NCBI GenBank assembly: GCA_963977015.1
Contig: CAXBMO010000012.1
Location: 96,001 to 160,000, forward strand
Source of the DNA: an uncultured bacterium
GTDB lineage: Bacteria; Verrucomicrobiota; Verrucomicrobiia; Verrucomicrobiales; DEV007
DNA: 64,000 nucleotides
Reading direction: 5' to 3'
A program made the translations under genes and the position numbers. This document shows, one piece after another, positions 1 through 9,000 of the stretch (positions are counted from its first letter, which is position 1; the number at the start of each line of letters is the position of its first letter). The notes beneath the pieces are model-generated. The model saw only the letters and a list, made by a program, of their open reading frames with translations. It had not been told where the DNA came from and ran no database searches.

Positions 1-2
1 AT

Positions 3-3000
3 TCCCGCGTCAAAACGACTGCCGCCGGGTTCCTATCCGGAGCGGGTGCGGATAGCGATCACGACATCGTTTCCATGGTGACCGCCGCCATCGGCGATGA
101 CGCTACGGTTACCGCAAAAGGCGTCATGATGGATGCCGTCAACCTGATTGACAAGCCCGCGGTGGCTTCTTCGGGAAGTGCTGGAGACTCGAACCTCTAT
201 GGCACCGCGAAGGCGCTCGTGGCCGGGGCCGGGGCGGACAGCGATACCGATCTGAGTCTTGTCACCCACGTTAATATCGGAGACGACGCGTCTGTCACGG
301 TGGTTGGAGAGTCGAGCAATGACGACGTTTTCAACCTGCGTGCCTACAACCAGATCAATGCGCAGGATAAGGTTACGTTTGCGGCTTCCGGCCTCGCTGC
401 CGGCGCCAGTGCCACAACGACGATTCGAACTCTGGTTGATGAGGCCAAGATCGTGATTGGTGAAGGTGCTGAGTTGACCAGTTCGGGCCGGATTGAGATG
501 TCCGCTCGTGGCTCGGGCACGGTGGTGGTGAGAACCAACGCCGAAGGAAATGGCGGAGTGGGAGTTGTGGCAGGATCCTCGCGTGTCGATATCAAGCCGC
601 ACAATGAGGTGTCGATCGAAGCCGGAGCCCATTTGTTGGCGGATGGCGATATTCGCCTTTCTGCGGGACGAAGTGGAGATTTCGAATCTGATTTCTATAC
701 CCTGATTTCGCGTTTCGACTCCTATTCGTCCGCTGCCATTCCGGTGGATGACATCAACGCCTACTCGTTCATTCTTCAGGACAACCTGATTACGGTTGAT
801 ACGGGAGCGCTCCTCCAAACTGCGCGGGAAGCGCGGTTGCATGCGGAGCGGCTCGGCTTCAACAGCATGGAGGTCGGAGCCGTGGGCCATAGTTGGGCCG
901 CGAACGCCTTTAATGCGGCGCTTGCCTTTGACGATGGAGAATCGCACTCGGAAGCACATGCTACCGTGAGGATGGATGGAACGGTTGAGACGGGGATTCA
1001 ACGGATTCAGTCACTGACTCTGGACGGTTGGGACTCTGAAACCGGGGAGATCACGGATTCCACGGTTGTTGGAAATGTTAGTTTCACCGTATCTCAGGAA
1101 GTCTTGGAAAGTTCGTTGGTTCGGGAACTCCAGTTTGCCCAAGACCAGATTGCGCAATACCCGAACAACACGACGCTCGTGACGTTCTATCAGAGCGAGG
1201 TGAACCGGATTTCGGCGGAGTTGGCGAGTTTGGGATTGTTGGATCTGGATGCTCCGGAAGGCGTCATTTCGTCCAACGAACAGTATGTCATGACGGTGAC
1301 GGTTGATCCGGTTTATGCAGAGGCTGGCAAGATCGACATTCGCACGGACCAGACGACGGGAAGTGGAACGTGGATCGCTCCCGGTGACGCCAGTGTAACG
1401 ATCACGAACAACACGCCCGCCTTCCTGAAGATCAAAGGGGTCACTATTCCGGAAGAGAACGGGGGCCTCTTTATCAACGGTGAAGAGGTTGCCGATAACG
1501 ACGATATCGTGGATTGGAACAACCGCTCTGCGACTGACGATAATCTCTTCAACCAATTTGAGGGCAACGTCACGCCGGCGACGGCCACGTTTGCTGCCGT
1601 CCCGGACAATGAAGAATCGACGCCGACGATCACGATCGAGAATGCGTTGAACGTGAATACGGTGGAGACGACTGATGAGTCCTATCCCTGGCCGGATGTG
1701 ACGATTGTTGGAGCCAGTGAAGGTGGAATCGGGATTTCCGCTCCGCGAGCGCATCTGACGCTCTCAACCCACCCACTTCCCGGCAATGGGGATATTATCA
1801 TTAACAATGAAATCATCACCGCAACGCAAACCATCATTGCCGGTGGAACCCTGACCATTGATGGAGTTTCTCAGCAGAACGTCGAGGGCGCTCCTTACAC
1901 CGCCTGGGCTGCTGCGACGAATGGTCCTTACGGAGTCGATTCCGAAGGGCATGCGGCAGGCTACGCGGACTGGGTCACTGCAGCGAGCGGAACGGAAGTG
2001 GCCAGCGTCTTTGGTCAGGAGCCGAATTCGAACTTCGGCCTCTACGCCGACAAGATCTACATCCGGGCGGAATACTTGAACGTCAATGGAATCATCCAGA
2101 GCGGGTACGAGGATTTTTCGTTGACGTTGGATGGCGATACCGAGACGGAGATCGCGAGTCTTCGCAGTCAGGGTGGAGATCGGATCTACCTTCCGGATGC
2201 GTCTGCCGCCAGCAAGCACTTCTCCGTGTTCTATATCAAGTCGACCGACACGATCCAGGTTGAAGAACTTGTGGTGAGCGGTGGTTATATTGATCTGGAG
2301 GGTCACATCCTCAACACCGCGAATGGAAAGATTCGATTGCTGGGTGGATATGGAAAGATTGAGGTAACCAACAATACCGATCACAACCTGCAGATCGAGG
2401 AACTGGATGCCTCCAAGCGGGGCGCTGGAACCCTGATCATCAAGGACAAGGCGAAGGGAACTTCGTCGGATCCCCACGTTACCATCTATACCAAGGATGA
2501 GAACGGAATCACCGTTCAGCAGGACGATGGGAGCGTGGCCACGGGTAGCAGCCTCGCCAGCCTCACGGTGAGTGGCGGTGGAACCAGCGATTTCTCCCAG
2601 TACCAGACCGAAGGCGGTTGGCGCTTTGGTTGGGCGGTTGGTCTGACCCAGTTGGAAATCTCCCGTGCGGTGAAGAAGTCCAGCAGCTGGCTGTTTATTC
2701 CGCTTGGGTCCAGTTTCTCCGGGCCGTGGCAGTCGGTGGAAGTCGAGGGACAACCGACGTTGAAGGAACAGAGTGGTTACTTCTTCAGAGATACCGGTAT
2801 CACAGAAGCCTACACCTACGGCAAGGTAACGATCAATGATCCGCAGCCGGTCCAGATGACCCAGACCACCCATACGACGTGGTATGGCAAGAAGACGATC
2901 ACGGCTTATTACTCCCAGAAAGTCGGTCAGGATATTACCCACACCCACACGATCGATGCGGATCGCCCCATCGACATTGAGTTCATGGGGTATGATGAAG

Positions 3001-6000
3001 GTGAAGTGACCGTGACGTCGACCGGATCCGGTTCCGTGGATGTTCGCGGAGCGATTGCAAATGCGTCCGGTGAAACCACCATCACATCAGAAGGAGCCAT
3101 CACCACGACGGGGAGTGGTGCCTATATTGGGGGGCGTCGCGTCGAGCTCTCGGCAGAGACAGGGATTGGTGAGGCGGAAGAAGCTCCTTTGCAGACCCGG
3201 GTGACCGATACACCAAGCCAAAGTTTCAACGGAGGTCTGATCTTCGACTCCGTGGACAGCGGGTTGGATACCATTACCCGTGCGGGCAGTTGGTTGATCG
3301 ATGGCTTTGCTGCGGGGCAAACGCTGACCATTTCCGGCTCAAACCTGAATGACGGGATCTACACAATCGAAAGCGTAGCGGGAAGTATTCTCACCGTGGC
3401 AGCGGGGAATTCTCTCCAGGATGAATCAAACAGTGATGTGTCTGCCTTGGCGGTGGGAGATATTCCAGACAGCCTGCCTTCCAGTTTGAAAGCGACGACG
3501 ACCGAAGGTGGGATCTTCATCGCGGAACAGTTGGGAGACATCGCGATCGATCAGGTCGTGACGGGGTCCGGAAATGTTGTGATTCAATCCAATGGAGCGA
3601 TCACGGTTGGTAAACAGAACAGCAGCACGTTCTACGAAGGATTGGTCCAGGGGGATAGTGTGACGCTTGAAGCGGACAATGGTGGGGTCGGAAACGGAGA
3701 GGCCAGGCCATTGGTCATCGACTCCGCGATCTCAGGCGGGCTGAACGACAAGGTGAACGTCACCGCTGCGGACGATGTATTCCTCAAGGAAAAGTCTGGG
3801 GATCTCCGGATTGAGAAAATAACCTCGCAAGGGGATGTCTACCTGGAAGTCACGTCAGGGGACCTGGTGGATCTCAATGAAGATGAGACCCGCGATGAGC
3901 GAACCTACAATGAATTGAAGGGAGGCGTTTGGGCCGATCTTTCTCTGACGGCGGATGGAGGAGCGTTGGAGAAAATCGAAGCGGCGAAGGTGGAGCAGGC
4001 ATCCTTCCGGGAAAGCGAATACCGCACCTATTGGCAGTTCCGCGATACGCAGAGCGATTCCTCGACCTACGACGCAGCTCATGTCGTTTCCCTCACTGCG
4101 GAGGAAGATACCTTTTACCGCACGGAGTTGGGATATGACGATGCGGCGATCGAGACGTTAGAAAATTCGCGGACGACCCAGTATCATCAACTGAACGATT
4201 TTTATGGCGCGTTTGGAGACACCTTCGATGCTGACTTCACCTACACTCTGAGTGCTGCTGAAGATTCGGCATTGGAAAGCGGGTTCAAGGTCTGGACCGA
4301 GGAAGAGCTCCTTTACAGCATCAGCTCAGGACTTCTCAAGACCGTCACGGACACCACGGTCTCCGAAGAAGATCCCAACATCGTCGCCAACGACATCAAG
4401 CTGGTGGTCGGCGGTGGTGTGGGCCAAACCAATGGAACCATGGATATCGACATGGAAGTTCTGCGGACAGCTCCGGCAGAGGGCAGCATGTCGTTCTCCG
4501 GGGATACCCTCAGCTTTTCCGGAAGTTCGTGGGATGCGCTTGGGTTTGCCGTTGGTCAGCAAATTTTCATTGAAGGAAGCGATTCAAACAACGGCGCCTA
4601 CCTCATTGAGAGTGTCGCCGGCGATACCCTGAACCTGAACTACACCGATGATGATGGCGTGGTCCAGGATGCGAGTTTTACAGCTGAGACGGATGATCTT
4701 CGGGTAGCGATCACGCTGACGGATGAACAGCGCGTTACGCTCGCGGCTTCCGAGCGAACCGACGTCAGCTATCTGGCAAGCGCTCCGATCAATGCGGTGG
4801 TGACATTCGTTGCCAATTCCGGTTCGGGAGCAACCATCACCCGCGTCTCCGGCGAAGACTTCTCAGGATTCTCTGCGGGAGATGTGATTGCGATTAGTGG
4901 GAACTCCGGCAATTCGACGGAAGGTCTCCAGACCTATGAGATCGACAGCGTGGCGGGCGACGTGATCACCTTTGCCTCAGCCGTTGATTTCGTGGCGGAG
5001 AGTGCGGTTTCGATTGAAATGTCCAACATCATTCTCGATCCCGAAACGGATGGGGACTCGATCGCCATTGGCCGGATCAATCTGGTTGAGGACATCGATA
5101 TCCAGGCGTCGGGCACGGTCACGGTGGATGCCGATGAGCAGGTCTTCCTCGGATCGGAATCCAACGTCAGCGTGCAAAGCATCGAAGCTGGAGACGCCAC
5201 CACGGGTGACGAGATTCGAGTCAAGACGGGTCTCAGCATTCTTTCCGCAGATCAGAGCGTCACCAATGTTCGCGGTGGTGAGGTGATTCTGGAGGCTGCA
5301 GAAGGGGCAATTGGTGTGGAGGATGGAGAGGTTCGAACCAATCTTGTCGGAGATGGAAATCTCACGGCGAGAGCTTCGGAAGACATTCGCATCGTGGAAG
5401 TGGAAGGCGATCTGCCGGTCGGAAGTATCTACTCGAAAACCGGGGGCGCATATCTCCGCGCAACAGATGGTTCCATCATTGATGGGTATGACCATGAATT
5501 CACGAACATCCAATCGAATCTCGTGGAACTCAGCGCGAGCGAGGGCATTGGCGAGGAGGACAATTCACTGGATATCAACGTCGCTGTTTCTCCCGGCGAT
5601 ACGGTCGATGCGATCGGCACCGGAACGATCAAGGCAACTGCCGATTCGGATATTTACCTGACGGAGACCAACGGAAGTATGAATGTGCGGAACATTCTTT
5701 CCGAATCGGGTGACGTCGAGTTGCGGGCGGATGCCTTCATCGTCGATGCCGTCGATCTGGTGGACCCGAGCGATCCGGACTCGGCGCATGACGACGGTCC
5801 GGACAGCAATCCACGGGCTGACGTGATTGGTAACCATGTGACCTTGATCGCGGGATTGGGCGGCGCCGGCGGGATTGGAATCGCGGGCAACGATCTGGAT
5901 ATCGACACGTCGTATTCCGGAACCGGTTCGCTGACGGCTTCGAGTCAGCTCAACAATATTTACCTGATCGAAACGGCCGCAGACGGAGATGGCACGCTGG

Positions 6001-9000
6001 ATGAAGATCTCGTGCTTTACGAGATCGCTGCAAACGGAGTGGATACCGACGATTTTGTCGAAACCGCATTCATCACCGCGCCGCTTGGCCGCATTCTCAA
6101 CGGGAATCCCTCGGGAGCCAATGTGACGTCCGGCAAGATCTGGCTCTTCGCGACGATGGACGTAGGCGAAGTGGACAATCGGATCAGCACGGTCGCCCAG
6201 GCGATCGAAGGGAAGTCGACATCGGGTAGTTTCATTGTGAACAACACCGGCGCGATTGAGGTTGGCGGCGTCGTCAGCGGACCGGTGGCCGGCTACAGCG
6301 CTTCCGGCCTGGAAGCGGGCGGCTCGGTGCTCTTCACTGCGGCCAGTCCGGTGACGGTATCCGAGAACGTCACTGCAGGTGGGGAAATCATCATTGAAGC
6401 CCATGACGATGATGATGCCGAGGCCGATGACCTGACGGTTCAGGACGGCATTACGGTTTCGTCCACGGGGGATCGCGTTGTCCTGCGTGGTGGCGATGAC
6501 GTTCTGATCGAGGAAGGCGCCAGCATCAGTGCGTTCACCGGAATCGAGATTTACGGGGACTACGGCAACGCCGATGCCGGTGAAGGCAGCACGGTGCGAA
6601 TCGACGGTTCGCTCTCCGCGCCGACGATCCAGATTTCAGGCAATACCGATGACGACACCTTCAACTTCTCGCCGAGCACTTTGAGCGGCGATGTCACGAT
6701 TCTGGGTGGGGACGGTGTCGATCAGTTCCTGCTTCACGATCTGCCGAACCTGGACGTGGTGAACCGCAACGAGACTGACCGTCAGACCATCTCTCTGGAC
6801 GGTCAGGAAGGTTCCGATCAATACACCGTCAACCTGGTGGGTGAGGATGTTGATTATGTCATCAACGTCTCGGATTCCGGATCGGTCACGGATATCGATT
6901 CGATGATCATCAATGCCACCGACGAGGCGGACACGATCCTGCTGCGCAAGAACTTCGTCGCCTCGCTGAATGGGAATGCTGCGGATGGCTTCACCGACGA
7001 CGTGGAGCGAATCAACTATGATTCCACGATCAACGCGCGTCTCCGGATCAATCTGGCGGGCGGGGATGACAACTTTGTCAGCGACGACAACAGCACGCTC
7101 ACGACGGTCGATGGCGGCAGCGGCGCGGACACGTTCCAGATCGGTCAGGTGTTCGCCAACGACCGGGTTGCGCCGAACGTGGCGGCTGGCGATGAAATCG
7201 AGACGATCGAAGTGACGCGCGGATTCCTCACCAAAGGCATCTCGGTGCCGATGACAATTTACGGCGGCGACGGGGACGATGTTTTCTCGGTCTACAGCAA
7301 CCAGGCTCCGCTGCGGATGGAAGGGGAAGACGGGAACGACGAATTCATTATCCGCGCCTTTGTTCGGGCCGATGACGACAGCAGCACGTCCACGGAAGAG
7401 GCACTGGTCGAAGGTGGCGGCGGGGACGACCTGATCCACTACAACATCAACGCCAACGTCAGCATCAACGGTGGCACCGGCTTCGACAAGGTCGTCGCGA
7501 TTGGCACCGAACTTGCGGACCACTTCGTCATCACCGAGAACGGGATTTTCGGCGCGGGGCTGAACATCACGGTTTCCAACGTGGAGGAGGCGATTGAGGT
7601 CGACGGCCTGGAAGGCGACGATACGTTCTTCGTCCAGAGCACCGCGGCCGGCGTGGTCACCACCCTGATCGGCGGACTGGGTAGCGACACCTTCAACGTG
7701 ACCGGCGACGTCAATGCGACGATCCACGCAGCCGAAGCCGAGGGGCGCTCCGGCGTGATCAACCACGTGGCGGACAGTGACGATCCGTCTTACGAAGGGA
7801 TCGCCGCTCCCGGCATCCAGCTCAATGTGGCGGATTCCGCGACGACCAAGGTCGTGATCGAGAAATCCGGGTCTTCCACCACCGTTTCCGAGGACGTCGA
7901 TGGTTCGGTCGACACTTACGAGATTTACCTGAACGAGGCGCTCCCTGATGCCGGTGCTGAAGCTTCCATCACGGTTTCCGCAGCGCAGTCCGCGTCCAAG
8001 GAATTGGCCGAGGGCGGGCAGACCGTGGAGATTTCCACCGATGGCGTGAACTTTGCCGCCGCGCTGGTTCTCACCTTCAATGCGGGCAACTGGACGACTC
8101 ACCGCACCATCCATGTGCGGGCCGGGTCCGATACGGTGAAGGAGGGCGAGAAAAACGTCATCGTGAGTCACAGTATCGAGAGTAATCGCGATGTCTTGGA
8201 CGGAATTTCCATCGCCAACATGGAGGTTGCGGTGTTCGACGACGACAAGGACGAGCTCATCATCACGGAAAGCGGTCCATCGACCAGCGTGACCGAAAAT
8301 GGGGCGACCGACACCTACACCGTGGCCCTGACCCACGAACCTGCGCCGGGCGAAACCGTCACGGTGACGTTGAATCACGACGACACCCAACTGACGCTTT
8401 CGGACGATACCCTGACTTTCGGCGACGAGGATTCCGCGAACCCGTGGAACGTGCCGCAGACTGTGACGGTGACGGCGTTCAACGACGACGTGGTTGAGAA
8501 TACAATCCGGGAACTGATCACCCATGATGTGACCAGCACCGGAACGTTCAGCGTGAGCGAAGCGCCGACGATCAATGTGAGTGTGACCGATGACGACATT
8601 GGCGGAGTCATCGTGGAAGAGTCGGGCGGCTCGACCGTGGTGGTCGACGGCGGTGCGGGCGATAGCTACACGCTCCGCTTGAGCAAAGAACCGGAGAATC
8701 CGGTCACGGTCAATGTTCTGGCCGATGACCAGACCCTGGTTTCGAGCGCTGATGTCCGTTTCACGGCTGCCGTGGGCGACAACCCGCCGATGATCACCTT
8801 TGACCATACGAATTGGAATTTGGCGGTGACCGTCGATGTCGAGGCCAACCCGGATTTCGAAGGCGGCGATGCCCAGACGATCAAGTTCGCGGTTCAGCCG
8901 CACCTGACCAACCGGATTCAAGGACCGTTGGTGATCGAGGGAGGAACCGGCTCCGGACCGGACCGCACTCTGGCCATACCGGTGACGTTGCCGACCGAGG

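Noticed and set aside
930-965. ESHSEAH in the giant protein as a His-Xaa-Ser radical SAM target
   Set aside because: Single occurrence that does not form HxS repeats; no other Hxs system components recognised.
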